Source: Octopus vulgaris (Eukaryota). From it: DNA of 64,000 bases. The stretch is from the NCBI GenBank assembly GCA_951406725.2, contig OX597817.1, forward strand, positions 66,464,001-66,528,000, given 5' to 3'. The translations under genes were made by a program, and so were the position numbers. A model generated the notes under the pieces. The model did no database searches, was not told where the DNA came from, and worked only from the letters and a program-made list of their open reading frames with translations. Shown here one piece after another: positions 40,871 to 54,488 of the stretch (position 1 is its first letter; each line of letters begins with the position of its first letter).

Positions 40871-43744
40871 TAACCTTCAGCACTTTTCTTCAACAGAGGA
40901 ACTGAGCTCCCTTTGTCAAACTGATATCCATATAGCACTAATCATATCACCATCTGATATAGTAAACAAGTAAATCATGTGAAGTATGCAACAGCACAAT
41001 ATGGATGTTATTCCTTTGTTCATTTTACACTTCTGTCACTAATCTTTACCTATTTTTCAAGAAAAGACTTTCATATTTTACATGTTTCCAAAAGTTCAAA
41101 GCGAACAGATGATATGCAAACAGGAAAAGTAACAGCAACACTATACCCACTCCGAGCTCTCGACATTTGTAGAGTGCAAATGTAAACACATACTCATACA
41201 ACAGGTTTCTTTCTGTCCACCGAAGTTCACCCACAAGGCTTTGGTTGGACTGAGGTTTTAGTAGAAAACACTTACCCAAGGTGTCACGCAGATACCTTGG
41301 GTAAGTGTTGGTAAGCACGTAGTTAGTTGGTAAGTGAACTCCTTGACCACACAGTCAAGCCCTCACCTATAATAGTTTTAATAATGCATAGGATGGTTAC
41401 ATATGGAATACCTTTGATGATAGGTTTTGCTAAATCAAAGTTGACCTTGGGTTAAATGACAAGCTGATTTGCTTTCTTCTCGTTTTTAATAAGTTTTCGA
41501 AAGGAAGAGAAAAGTAGAGGAGAGAGTAAAGTAGGCAGATTTGAAGAGAAGGCCAAATTAAGATTAACAGATTGCCCTTACGCAATTCAACAATGGTTCC
41601 CTCTTGACCCTTTCATTGTCAAACTGACATTAGGATGAAAAAGTGCCAAATGTGAAATAATAGATTAAATATTCAGTTTTCTCCCATCCCATCCCTATAC
41701 CATCTCACAGCTATATTAAATATAATGTGTTTCTTTAATATAAGTAAATTATTTATAACTAGGACAAAAACAAAAAAGTGCAATTTTTCACCCTTTTTTT
41801 ATTCACTAAGTAAAAATCCTAAACTTTTTTAACATCTGCACCACAGGAACTCGAGTACAGAAAATAAAAAAAACAGTGATGTCCTTTTTTAGGTGCTCTC
41901 AACTTGTGTTTATATATATATATTGTTTAATGGTTAACCCAGACCTGTTGGAGAGATATATGAATGATACAGTCATGACTATCCTGTCTTTTTAGGGATA
42001 TGGCTACATATTTCTAATGTATCTTCTCCTTATTCAAGACAGTAGGATTTAATTTAAGGAGATTTTGTTGCTATTTCTACCAGGTCAAGCAATCATGTGG
42101 TGGCTCCCTTATAGTGCTTGAAGTTGCCACAGTGGTTTACTATACTCATCACCTCCATTGAGGGAATCTCAATTGAAAATAACAGCTAAATCTCTCCCAA
42201 ATCACACCCTACCATTTAAAAAAAACACACTGGAACATCCCTGATCAAAGATTTTCTCAATTAGGACTGACTTGAATCTCAATGACAAGTAAAGCAAGCA
42301 GTGTTTAATGTCTTGCTTAACCAGTAGTAACACAATGAAATGCATTTAATAGGAAGTAAACTAATGCTTCAGAGGCCGGATAGTTTGATATGGCAATCCT
42401 TTCTACTAAAACCACCCACCCACACACAAAAAAAGATTTTATGTAAACTGGAAACAGTTATCTCTTCCAGGTGACGTCAGTTAATAAACCAATCATACGC
42501 TATTTTTATAGATAAGTCAGTGAAGCATAAATTAATAAGCTGTTTTCAGTAATTAGAGATGAGCTAGGAAGGTCCTTTTCTAAATAATTTAAAAGAGAAA
42601 TGAAATATCTGACAGAAGAAGGGAGAAGGAGGCATAAAACAAAGGGAGAGAGACAAAGAGAGAAGTGACAGGATAGAGAGTAAAATCATGAGAGATAAAG
42701 AAGAACTAAGAAACTGAGAAATGAGATATAAATGAGTGATAAAATTGGTGATATATGGCAAGCTTTAAGCAAAATGAATTGGAAAAAAAAAATGAGTGAG
42801 TATGTGAGCAAGCCAAAGGAAAGAGAATAGAGGAGAAGAGAGAGGGAGAAAACTGACAGTAAAAGAAAGTGGCAGAGCTGCACAAATAGATTAGGAAAAC
42901 AGGCCAGGTATTATATTCATTATTGATTTAATTTCTGTTTACAAATGATATATTATTGGGATTTCAGTGTAAATGTGCAAAAAGAAAAAAAAATCAATTA
43001 CTATTTTTTTTTTCTAAAGAAACAATGTTTGAGCACTAAAACTGTTTCCATAGATCCAGGGAGTATCATTGAATATCAAAGATTGAGTTTCTATAGCTAA
43101 TGAAACAACATTTTACTTGTTATTTATACATTTTAAGAAACACTAACAAGTATAAAGAAGAGGAAAGTTACATTTGAGGATTCTTTCCTCTTTTACATAA
43201 AGAGAAGAACTATTTGAATGATGAAATAGAGAATTTTACTTTATAACACACATGATCAGAATTCCCATGAATTTTTGCATTATACTACTACAGCTACCAA
43301 TATCTGGAAGAAATTGTATTGCTTATGTGGCTATCTAAATAAACATTGTATTTCATCTGATTGAGTTCATTTTTCATATAATCTGTAGCTCATTCAGCAT
43401 ATATCAAAATATAAATAGTTCAAAAGTATAAATTAGTTTGCAGGAAAGAAGAGGAACAAGCTGATTTCTCAAATAATATCATTTGTTGGAGATGGCAAGC
43501 CAATTTATTATACTTTTGAATTGTTATATTCTCTAAATTTTTTGGCTAGTGACAAAGCATGAGTTCTCAGCATCTGGGAACAAAGGCAATTATTTGCAAG
43601 CCTACCTTAACAGGCATAATAATCAAAAGGAAATTTTGCATCCTTTCACACTTGCACTCAGAAGGTGACTGCACTCTTGATCTCCCATGCATACTATGCC
43701 TCTCTTGCTAGCACAGATCACTCCTAGTTTCCTTGGGTCCAACC

Positions 43745-44375
43745 ATCAACATCGTTTAACATCCGTTTTCTGTGCTAGCACAGATTGGCAGTTTGACCAG
43801 GGTTTGGAAAGCCAGGAGGCTGCACCAGGCTCCAGTCTGATCTGGCAGTGTTTCTACAGCTGGATGCCCTTCCTAATGCCAACCACTCCATAAGTGTAGT
43901 GGGTGCTTTTTACGTGCCACAGGCACAGGTACCAGGTACCACGATCGGTTGGTGCTTTTTACGTGCCACCGGCACAGAAGCCAGTCAAGGCGGTGCTGGC
44001 ATCGGCCATGTTCGGATGGTGCTTTTTACGTGCCACTGGCACAGGTATCGCAACTACAATTTCCATTTGATATTTATTTTGATGTTGATGTACTTGACTC
44101 AATAGGTCTCCTCAAGCACAGCAGGTCATCCTACGATCCAAGGTAAGCACAGCAGGTCGTTCTGCAATCCAAGATACTTTGGATGGGCAGGGGCCATGTG
44201 AAACTGGTGCAGGAAACGGCCATGAACTCATGTTATTTGTCGGGTCTTTGCAGTCGCAGCATATCTCCAGAAATCTCAGTCTTTCGTCATTGCCTCTGTG
44301 GGGCCCAGCGTTCGAAGGTCATGCTTGACTACCTCATCCCATGTCTTCCTGGGTCTACCTCTTCCCCGGATACCT
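43745..44375 (-). mobile_element. RTE LINE 3' end (ORF C-terminus plus 3' UTR ending in a GAT-type tail)
   Basis: Minus-strand GRGRPRKTWDEVVKHDLRTLGPTEAMTKD*DFWRYAATAKTRQIT*, followed by the UTR shared with copies at 15098-15413, 55423-55620, 56498-56945 and 12540-12855. Confidence 0.85.
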
Positions 44376-44805
44376 TTACTTTATATTTAAATAGCTTACC
44401 AAAGAAGCAAGTATTATGTAAAATACAACATAAATGTCACTTGGTAAATCCATGATTAAAAAAACAAAAACCACAGACTTTTTAGTTTCAATGACGTTTT
44501 TTTTACCTTTTTCATATAGCAGAGCAGAAAGCCAAACAATCAAGCAAACAGAGTAAGACAGAAGAAATTAACTTTTGTAGGTTGGATTTGTTGAATGGCA
44601 TGAAATAAAGATAGCAGTGTACAAAAATTGAAATTGCATTTTTACAATGAAACAAATACCACTAAACAGTAAGCCTTTCTCTGTATGTAAATAAATATTA
44701 TTAAACATAAAATTCATGTTTTACATTGTTTAAAGACTCCTTAAAACAACATTATGGCTTTTTATCATAAAATATTTGTAAACTCTAATATTATATTTCT
44801 TTATA

Positions 44806-45457
44806 TGAGGTTCATTCCTGGAGTTTTGAGACACTTTTAGGAGGTTATAACTGCCCTAGATTATTGTAAGTTTAGCATATAATTACTATACATTTAATAA
44901 GCTGACCTGCTAACTTTTGTTATTCTAGATTGAAGTAAATAGTTGTAACAGTACTTTGAATACACCACTTAAACACTGCTTGCCATAGCTGACTAGTTTG
45001 CAGAATGCAGTCAGTATGTGAAGACAATTTAGAAGCTTGCAATGCAATAAAGTTTTATGTTAAACTGGGAAAGCTTAAGAAATGCTCCAGACTGCTTATG
45101 GGTTAACTTTTTTACTGGCATAAGAGATTCAAGAATGGGAGAGAGATGGTGAGAGATGAAGAGAAGTGTGGGAGAGAGAAGGATCTCAATATTGGTGCTG
45201 ATTGAGAAAATTCAGTTTTCTGAATGAAAACTGTTGTGTGCCAATGAAGAAAGTAAGCATACAGTTTGGAATTGGCATGGCATCTATACACCTTCACTTT
45301 GGAGGACTTTCATGGGGACCTTCCTGAAATGGCTAGAATACTACAAGTGCATTGAAATCAGAGGATTATACTTGAAAGGAGATTAGTGCTTTGTACTTTT
45401 TTGAAATTAATAAATGTCTCTCCTGAAAAAGTCTGAAAACTTCTGGAATACACCTTG
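44806..45457 (+). mobile_element. Internally deleted mariner (Tc1/mariner) element
   Basis: TA-flanked imperfect TIRs (TA|TGAGGTTCATTCCTGGAGTTTTGAGAC ... GTCTGAAAACTTCTGGAATACACCTTG|TA). Transposase N-terminal remnant NAIKFYVKLGK near 45040 and C-terminal remnant TFLKWLEYYKCIEIRG..EGD* near 45320-45385. Confidence 0.8.
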
Positions 45458-46489
45458 TACAAAGGAATACAGATATACTGAAATTGCATTTTTATATTTA
45501 AAGAGGAACCAACGAACATCAAAATTATCCCATTCCAAAAGTTTAAACTACCTTTGTTCAATTATTATATAGATTGTTAGGCCACTAAAGTTGGTATAGA
45601 AAAATACTTCTTTAGTAAAAAGTTTCATGGAGTGAAAGTGAGAATAACATTATACTGGACAAGGGATATTAGAGGAATATTAAAACTGTACAGTAGAAAC
45701 ATGCTATCCATAGATCACAACTTACTAAAAAATGAGCCAACAATGGAGCTTCTGTTTCAATTATTATTAAACTGGGCAGTTATACCTCTTTCAAGGAAGC
45801 AGTAAATGTCAAGGGGGCTCCAGGGTGTGAAATTAGCTTCTGTATTATAAAAATCATTTATAGATTTTTTTTCAAAACACGGGAAGGGTAATTAGTAAAA
45901 TGACATTTATTGAAAGAGGTGTTTAGCTACAAAAGGTTGAGAACCACAAGTCTACAAGATGGCTTGAACAGCCAAAAATAGCAGCCAAATTTCTTTGAAA
46001 TCACACCCTTTTATCTTAAATAAGGGGACATACCACTAAAAAGATGAAAAGATCAGATCTGAAATGCTTTTGGCATAGGCCTGCATGATCAGAGATTTGA
46101 GTTGCACAACAACAGTAAATTATCAATCAAACAATTTATACTTTTAATAATTTCAATTTTAACTTCAAATTTTAATTTCATCATGACCAATTTTATCTTT
46201 GGTCCTTAAATCATCAACAAAAGAAGCTTCAGTCAAATAGAAATATAAAAATAAAGAAATCCTATTGGATTCTGACAGACACATTTAACTACATGTAAGG
46301 CAAAAAGAATAGAAACAACACTTGTGTTAGTGAAAGCATAAAGGACAGCATAACCTAATCTGATGAGTTGAGAGAATCTACTGTCAGTAGATGTTTTATT
46401 TATAAAGTTACAAACAAGAAATTATAGTATTTTTTCCTCTCCTATATATGTTTATAGTAATAGCACCTTTCTAGAAGTTAATTGTGCCA

Positions 46490-46710
46490 ATGATAAGCCT
46501 CAGGTAAGCTTTAACTGAGCACTTATGATCAAAGCCATTCTAGTTGTGACCATTCCCTTTTTTAAGACATAGTTTATTTCAGATTAAATTATCCAATTTG
46601 TCCTTCCCTTTTTCTTTTTTAAAAGGACAGTTGGGTGTAATTTGAGAAACATTTGGTAGCTATTTCTAGCAAGTTGACTGACAGTGTAGAAGCATTCTCA
46701 TTGGTTCATT
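46490..46710 (-). mobile_element. Representative of an old, abundant ~200-bp interspersed repeat family (probably a SINE)
   Basis: The motif chain aaatagcagccaaatctc..aaatcacaccct...ttgatcataggtctgctt..tcagggctgacctggggctaaacaac recurs, diverged, at ~1490, 4650, 5510, 20370, 23560, 24530, 28540, 29600, 31090, 37520, 41930, 42170 and 45970. Confidence 0.65.
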
Positions 46711-47429
46711 GCAAGATGAGATAAAGATAACAGGAGTTCACTAAGAACTACCATTACTCTTTAAATATTATTTTACATTCACATTTTCATGATCAGGTTG
46801 ATCAAGATCTAATGACAGTGAGTACTTATTGGATCAAGATATGAAGATGGGAACTCTTCGTAAAATACTTGTATCATCAGGGTTTTCTTATGCATGAAAT
46901 CTCAAAATTTTAGGAGAAAAGGATGTTTGAACATTTGTACCTTTATCAAAGGCATGAGTAAGATGTAAATTAGGAATTAAAATTAGGTCACAAACAAAGT
47001 TTAACAAGAAACACACCTGGATCAATGATGCCTGCATATAATAGTAACAGCTATTCAAATAAAGATATGTTGTTCTCTAAAAGACTTAGTCCATCATGAA
47101 ATTCAAAATTTTAATAAACTCCATAAACATGAACTTGCCTCAACAAAGATTGTACACATTGAAAGGAATAAAATAAAAGAATATATTTAGAAATGATGTC
47201 ATTACATTTCCTGTTACAGTTGGCAATAAATTAGGTTTATTGTTATTGAATTTCTAAAACTGATTCTAGTGGTGAATGCCAACATTTTAAATTAAAACCC
47301 TTGTACCATAGTATTTTTAGTCATTTACTGATATTCCTAGTCTTACTTCAGATTAAGCTTTATTAATCAATATTAAATAAATGCTGGAGAAATATTTTGA
47401 TAAGAGTAAACCACTATTGCTGACATTCG

Positions 47430-47940
47430 TTGACTAGGAAAAGGCATTTGACAAGGTATCACAAATTCAGTAATTTGGTGGTCACTAAGAAAACTAGGAG
47501 TAGATGAATGGCTTGTGATGCTGTACATGCTATGTACAAAGATGCAGTAAGGGAAGTGAGAGCCAACAATTTCAGTGATGAATTTATCATAAGGGTAGTT
47601 CAGTCTTCTACAATTCAATAGCCCTACAAGCCATCACAGAGGAGTTTAAGATTGGCTGTCTATGGGAACTCCTATATGCTCTATATTAGAGAAGACAATT
47701 CCAGACATGGAAGTTAAACCTAGAAGTGAGATCCCTCAAGATAAATTGAGTAAAGACTAAGGTTTTAGCAAGCAAGAGAGAAGAGAGGACCTTGGTATCT
47801 TCATGGAGATGGTTTTGTTCAATATACAGATAAGGAATAGGTATAAACTCCATACACTGTAAAAAATGGGTGCAAAAGAGGTATAGTGGAATTACAGGAT
47901 TGCTATCAGAGATGTGCAAGAGCAGTATGCACATTAGTAA
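47430..47940 (+). mobile_element. RTE-clade LINE RT fragment (part upstream of the nested insertion)
   Basis: Decayed translation AVHAMYKDAV...ALQAITEEFKIGCLWELLYA...WKLNLE..LKIN.SKTKVL...GIGINSIHCKKWVQKRYSGITG, typical of RTE/BovB-like ORFs. Confidence 0.8.
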
Positions 47941-47957
47941 CCAAAAAAAAAAAAAAG

Positions 47958-48845
47958 ATTACAGGTTCATCCTGAGTCATGGGCTCATAAAGCCAGTTTT
48001 CCAAATTCTGTGATGCATATATTGCCTCCTTGGATGGGATGATGGTCCATTACAAGATTACTCATTATCACCAGCTGAATAGATTGGAGCAATATGAAAT
48101 GAAGTGTTTGGTTAGTTTTACATCTTGACCCGGAAATGAGAATCCAAAAAAATATTGGAATGAGTGTAAAACAATGTGGAGGAAACGAATATGGAAAAAA
48201 AATGTGTGCAAAGCAACAGGAAGGTGGGGAGAGGACTTCAGAAAATACACAAGATCCAAGCTTTTCCCTCATAACTTTTAGGAAAATAGGGTTTTTCAAT
48301 GACATTTTATAGAAATACTTTTCAAACAGCATACATTAGGATTATAAAAAAATTTGTGCGGAAAATCAAGTTTTTCCCCACATAACTTTTAGGAAAATGT
48401 GGTTCTTTTCAATGAAATTTTATATAAATACCTTTGAAATGGCATACATTATGACTATAAAGTAATTTGTGGGGAAAATCTTGAGGTGGAGAGAGGACTT
48501 TTGGAAAATTCACAGGATCTGAATTTTTCCTTGTTATATTTCGAAATCCCATTCAACTTTTTACAGATACCCTAGTGTAGTACTATTACACTACGTAGTA
48601 TTTATTTCTACCCACTTTCAATAATTTTTATCCTTTTTTAACCCGTAATTGTTATTCTCATTCACTCATTACATTCTCTCTCTCTCTCTCTCTATCTATC
48701 TCTATATATATATTATATATACATATATTAAATACATACATATATGTATATATATACATATATATATAGACACACATATACATACACACACATATACATA
48801 CACACACATATACATACACACACATATACATACACACACATATAC

Positions 48846-48901
<56 letters not shown>

Positions 48902-49485
48902 TTATGAGGGAAAAACTTGGATCTTGTGAATTTTCTGAAGTCCTCTCCCCACCATTTGGAAAATATTTTCCCTACTAATTACTTTATAATCGTAATGTAT
49001 GCCATATCAAAGGTATTTCTATAAAATTTCATTGAAAAACCCCCATTTTCCCAAAAGTTATGAGGGAAAAACTCGGATTTTGTGAATTTTTCAAAATCCT
49101 CTCTCTACCCCCTTGGAAAAGATTTTCTCCACAAATTTCTTTATAATCTTAATTTATGCCATTTGACTGGTATTTCTATAATATTTCATTGAAAAATCTC
49201 TATTTTCCTAAAAGTTATGAGGGAAAAACTCGGATCTTGTGAATTTTCCAAAGTCCTCTCCCCACCATCCCAGTGCTTTGTGCACATTTTCTTTTTTTTT
49301 CATATTCGTTTCCTACACATTGTTTTACACCCATTCCAGTATTTTTGGAGGATTTTCATTTCCAAGTCAAGATGCAAACATTAACCAAGTGTTTTGCTCA
49401 AGAACACAACACATCACCCAGTCCAAGAAAATATAATCTTATGATCATGAATGCAACATTCTAACCACTAAGTCATACACCTGCA
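47958..49485 (-). mobile_element. tRNA-derived SINE split by the foldback element
   Basis: Removing 48110-49394 rejoins ...ggagcaatatgaaatgaagtgttt|tgctcaagaacacaac...ctaaccactaagtca, with a tRNA-like head (TGACTTAGTGGTTAG on minus) at the right end. Confidence 0.7.
48110..49386. mobile_element. Non-autonomous foldback-type DNA transposon (long TIRs with ~157-bp subrepeats, 8-bp TSD)
   Basis: Termini GGTTAGTTTTACATCTTGAC and GTCAAGATGCAAACATTAACC. Inverted arms run several hundred bp. TSD AAGTGTTT at 48102-48109 and 49387-49394. Right-arm subrepeats start at 48901, 49057 and 49214. The centre holds CT/TA/CA microsatellite. Confidence 0.85.
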
Positions 49486-49489
49486 TGTA

Positions 49490-49700
49490 CATCAGAAATA
49501 GATTCTCTTAAATGTTCAAATGGCTCACTAGAAGTTACTGATAACTTTTGTTACCTGGGAGATATAATTAGCAATGGAGATGGTTGCTCTGAAAGTATAG
49601 AAGGCAGGGTAAGAACAGGTTGAAAAAGTTCAGGCAGCTTTTCACACCACTGGCAAAAATTACTTTTTTTTTAGAGTGAAGGGCAGATTGTATGATACAA
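49490..49700 (+). mobile_element. RTE-clade LINE RT fragment (continuation after the nested insertion)
   Basis: EIDSLKCSNGSLEVTDNFCYLGDIISNGDGCSESIEGRVRTG*KKFR, collinear with 47430-47940. Confidence 0.85.
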
Positions 49701-52700
49701 GCTGAAGTGAAAGCAGGAGCATTTTAAGCATAAGGTAGCAAAATGCCCTGACATTTTACTTGACTGATTTTTAAAGCAGACATGATTGATGTATTTGAAG
49801 AACCATGACATTTACAATAGACAATTTCAATCATTTTTATGATGATTCTAAAAGTTATAAAAAAATTTATTTAGTTTGAAGCTATATATATGTATATATA
49901 TATATATATTTATAAATAAAATTAAAAAATACACATTGTGTACAGGACATCACCAATCACCAACGAGTGAAAAATACGTAAACACATAACAGAGAGTTAA
50001 GTACAGGACAAAATACCAAAAACCTACACAATAAGTATAGGATATCACCAATGAGTGAAAAATACATAAACACACGAGAGAAAAGTACAGGACAAAATAC
50101 CAAAAGAAGATAACTCCTCATCAGTTGTTGGACTGTTTATTACTCCTATTTCATGCTTTTAACAACAATATAAGGAAATTTCATAAGAAATTTTTAAAAT
50201 ATAAAAAGTAATATACACACACACACTAATCAAATTCTTTTTTATAGCTTTTAGAATTACTGTCAGGTCATTTGTGAGGCTTCTCATGAATGCTACTGGT
50301 AATATGGAATCCAGTACAACCTGCTGTGTGGTCAGGTCATCAGCAACTAAACTATCACTCATACTACACTGGCCTACTGAGAAGGGTTGCTAGAAACCCA
50401 GCAAGAATAAAAACAAGACATGTCAAAAGGACATATGAGTTATCTAATAATAGCACAGGCATTCAGAAGTTCCAAGCTGCCTGGTGCCTGGCATGCTGGA
50501 AGACCAGCACTCCTCAGCTTTTGTTAAAGTATGTCTCTAGAAGAAAGTCACTCAGATATAGAGCCAGATATGCAGGAAATGGCACTGAACATTTTAGGGA
50601 GCTTTTGCTTGTGCTTGAGATCATGGCAATTCGACATTCTTGAGCCAGTAACACATATTGGCACAGGCTTGTTTCTGGATCAAGTCAATAGGATGGAGAG
50701 GATCGGTGAAGCGCTATACAAGCTTTGTTGGACCTAAAATTTCAGGCTGCACGATTGCCAACAAGGTGACTTTCTAATACCTAGTCAAGTAGAAGGTGCC
50801 ATGGTGAACATGGACCCAATCTGCTGCAATAATTTCATGGATGGGCATTGTTGACATTTTGAATGGGCAATGTTCACTGATGGCCTTCTTCAGTCACAAG
50901 TGGACATCTGCCATCACACACACATGAAAAGAGGCTACTTTGATAAGAACATAAAGATTACTTATGAGAGGTGAAAGTTACTAACATTATCCTATTTTGG
51001 ATCTGATATCTAAGTTAATATCTAAATACTATAACTCTCAACAGATTTACATTACATTCTTGACAGCATTTCAGATAATAGATAGAAAGAGCTGCTTGTA
51101 AAACAAGACCTTTATAGTTATTACTTTACAGCAATTTAAGACTCCATGCAGCTGCTCAAGCTGATGGTTTACACAGCAAAAGGGTTTTGGGAAATAATTG
51201 GAAATGAGAATTGATAACAACAATGAAGTTTTCTCAAAACCATATAGTTGAGTTGAGTTATATTAACAAAAAAAGAAAAACATATCAAAACAGTCATGAA
51301 AATCAGGATCAATAAACATGATGTGTAGCTTAAATAACTGCCTTCACAATACTACAGTATTTTTTATGCAATACATTAATTTTCTGATGATTATTTGTAA
51401 CTTAAATAGAATAATGACATTTTAACACTGTCAGCTAATAGCTTATTTCAATATTTAACAAAATATAGTACTTAGAAATTGATGAACAAATCCCACTCAT
51501 TTAAAGGTAACAAAAATTTCAATATCATAAAAATGGTTTTGTCATATCAATGAAAGCCATCATCCACAAATACCATATATCTTAATCTTTATAAATGTGT
51601 AAAGGTAATAAATCACTATTTTTCAAACAATGAAAACTGAAATATGCTGCTTTTTACCTTGCATGATATCTTTCAGAAAGAAACAAGACTGTAATTTATT
51701 ATGGGACATATGAAAGCAAAATGTTAAACTGCTATCACATTATGGAAGAAAAACACAAAATGAAAATAATTACAATACAAATAATGGATAATTAAATATC
51801 ATTAAGGCATTTAACATTATATTAGTATTTGAATGAGGCCTTACTTATGTGACACCTAATAATTTGTCTTTAATATAAATAGTATGAACAGAGTCAGTAG
51901 CTACTTCCTTGATCAGAGCTACCTATCACTTGAAGACTAAGCACATTGACTTTTGAAAAAGGGGAAATTAATAATTTTCACAATAGTATTTGTAGTGCAA
52001 GTAAAGTGGAAGATATATAGAATTGGTTTTCTGGGTGTTTTCCTCTACCCAATAGTCTAACTATAATCCTTATATAGTTAGATTATAGTTAGACATTATG
52101 CATAATTGTCAACTATTATGGATTAAAGATGCTTAAAAAGCAAGATTCAATTTACTTAGTTTTCACCTTAAATACAACAGATTTCACCTTATCTTGTATA
52201 AGATAAAGCATTGACTTGACTATTTAGATAAGCTGAATGTACATAAATGTATGTAGGCTCAAGAGTCATTAAGTTACTTATAAATTACAGAATTCAAGAA
52301 CTGTCGCTGTTTTGTCAAACTTATAAAGATAACATCATGATTATTATTATTCTTTTTTTATAGCTGGAAAAACAGGAGTTCAGTTCTGAGTAAAATAGTT
52401 ACAGTGAATATTAGTAATTTCCAGAATTCATTAGAACAGAATAATTAGAATGGAGCTAAGAGTTTTAACACAAAACATATCAGGAAATAATAGCTGGATT
52501 TCTGTTAATGACAGACCAAAAAATTAATAGAGAATGCCTGGAAGTTACATTATACAGGATGTAGGAAAACTAAGAAAATGCAACATTCAATAAACAAAAT
52601 AGGAAAACTTGAGGAATGTACAAAGAAAAATAATAACTTCTCTTTTTTCCCTTCTAGGCTATTTTTTGCAAGTAGGATCATTCAGTCAACTTTTGAATTA

Positions 52701-53629
52701 ATAGTGATTGAATTTGACCTTAGACCCATTAGAAACAAACTAACAAGTGTAAGTCAATGATCAATAAGAAAGAATTATAGTTGGAAAGAAAAGAATTGCA
52801 CTGGGTACTTAAGCAAGAAAACAGAACTGTGCATTCAACAGCAGGCACTCACATCTTTTTAAAGTTTAGAGATTCAGTGACAGGAAACATCTTCCCCAAA
52901 TCATGTGGAACATCCTTGATAGGATTACTCACATGGTGTTCACAATTACCAGTTCTGCCTCTAAGAAAAACTATATATACTGCAACAATGTACAGTATCT
53001 AGAAACAGGAAAACTGGCCTTATAGTTGTCATCAAATATATGCCCTGTCAATGAACTGTTAATGAATTTAAAACCAAAGGCCAAACCTTACATGTCACTG
53101 ACAATCTGACACCACTAAGCTGCTCCGCTAGCCACATGGAAGCATATATAAAGTTATCTCCTATTGCTATCTATCAAACTATTCATGTGAAATGAGTAAT
53201 GGAGCCCCCCCCCCCATTTTCTCATCTAGAAACCACTTGCATTTCTCCTAATTCTGACACCATACATCTGAAAATGTAAATGTACATCTGTGCCTATGAA
53301 ACTATGAGTTGGGTAGAATGGAGTCACTAGCAGCTGTAAGTATGGCACTGATAGCTGTAGGTAAGACAGAAAATTATTGCTTATTCAAGTCTATATCTAC
53401 ACATGTTACAAGGAATCGTGAAAATAGTTTGAAAAAAATTAAAAGAAATATGTTTTTGAAAATATTTTTTAATAATTCTTATGAATGTGTGGAAATAAAT
53501 AGGGTTTCAATAAGCTGAGTACAAAACCTAAAATAGCTCCTATGACATGGTCACCCAGATTGCTTTATAAATATACACACATATTGATAATATAGATTTG
53601 ATTGGTACTTCAAGTTTTGCCTTTTACAA

Positions 53630-53633
<4 letters not shown>

Positions 53634-53706
<73 letters not shown>
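53634..53706. repeat. (TA)n microsatellite
   Basis: Directly visible. Confidence 0.97.
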
Positions 53707-53710
<4 letters not shown>

Positions 53711-53951
53711 ATACACACACACACCATCATGTAGCAGTATGTGTGTGCCCAAAAAGATGCATATTTGCTAATATTAACATGCCTAACAATCTTCAAACAA
53801 ATTCTTGAGACACCTTCATTTTTCACATAACTAAAAATGTTAGTGCAACAGTTGGATTTCTTCTTCATATTCAAAATATTCTCCTCACCCAATAAACAAC
53901 TCCCTTGCTCTCTCCTTCTTCACCTCCCCTCCGCCCCCATTCCGCATTACA

Positions 53952-54018
53952 TTCACGGAAGCATTGAAAATTTAGTTACCATCTTCACGGAAGCATTGAA
54001 AATTTAGTTACCATCTTC
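53952..54018. repeat. Perfect 32-bp tandem duplication
   Basis: TTCACGGAAGCATTGAAAATTTAGTTACCATC occurs twice. Confidence 0.95.
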
Positions 54019-54438
54019 CAATCCACTTATACATTATACTTTTCCAATGTCTCTTTCTCTAACATTACAATGGCTTTTCTCCTTTGATCTTTCTAGCTCT
54101 AGATATACCATGCTGTAATTAGACATTGCCTATATCATTCTCCTATACTTCTCCAACATGCCTCAGACCCAACATGAAAAATACTAATATAAAACAGTAT
54201 CATGATCACTTACCCTTCAGAATTGCCTGAATCTGAAGTTTTTATGTTTAGATTTTACCTCCATATGTTGCCACTACACAATAACCTCATCTAAATGTAT
54301 TGGAACTCCCAATCTAGGAGGCCTAAGAAGGCTATGAATGCTGTTCCCTCCACATTAGACATACATACATTAAATTGAGATAGTAATAAGAAACAGTAAG
54401 GGAGAAAGAAAAGAGGATGTTCTGACAAAATTTCTTAC

Positions 54439-54488
54439 CTGAATGTTCCTAAATGTGTATGTGCGTATTTTTGTTCACACACACACAT
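54439..54488 (-). CDS. Second candidate alternative first exon (MCVCEQKYAHTHLGTF-R)
   Basis: Strong donor CAG|GTAAGA (GT at 54438-54437), ATG at 54488, open frame, phase 2 compatible with 17458. It partly overlaps a GT microsatellite, so it may be chance. Confidence 0.22.

Noticed and set aside
46850-46890. CTGATGA motif on the minus strand
   Set aside because: No correctly placed GAAA or stem I, so not a hammerhead.
50290-50930. GC-richer stretch with 117-aa and 68-aa ORFs
   Set aside because: No recognisable protein motif or convincing splice pair. Probably decayed transposon sequence that I cannot classify.
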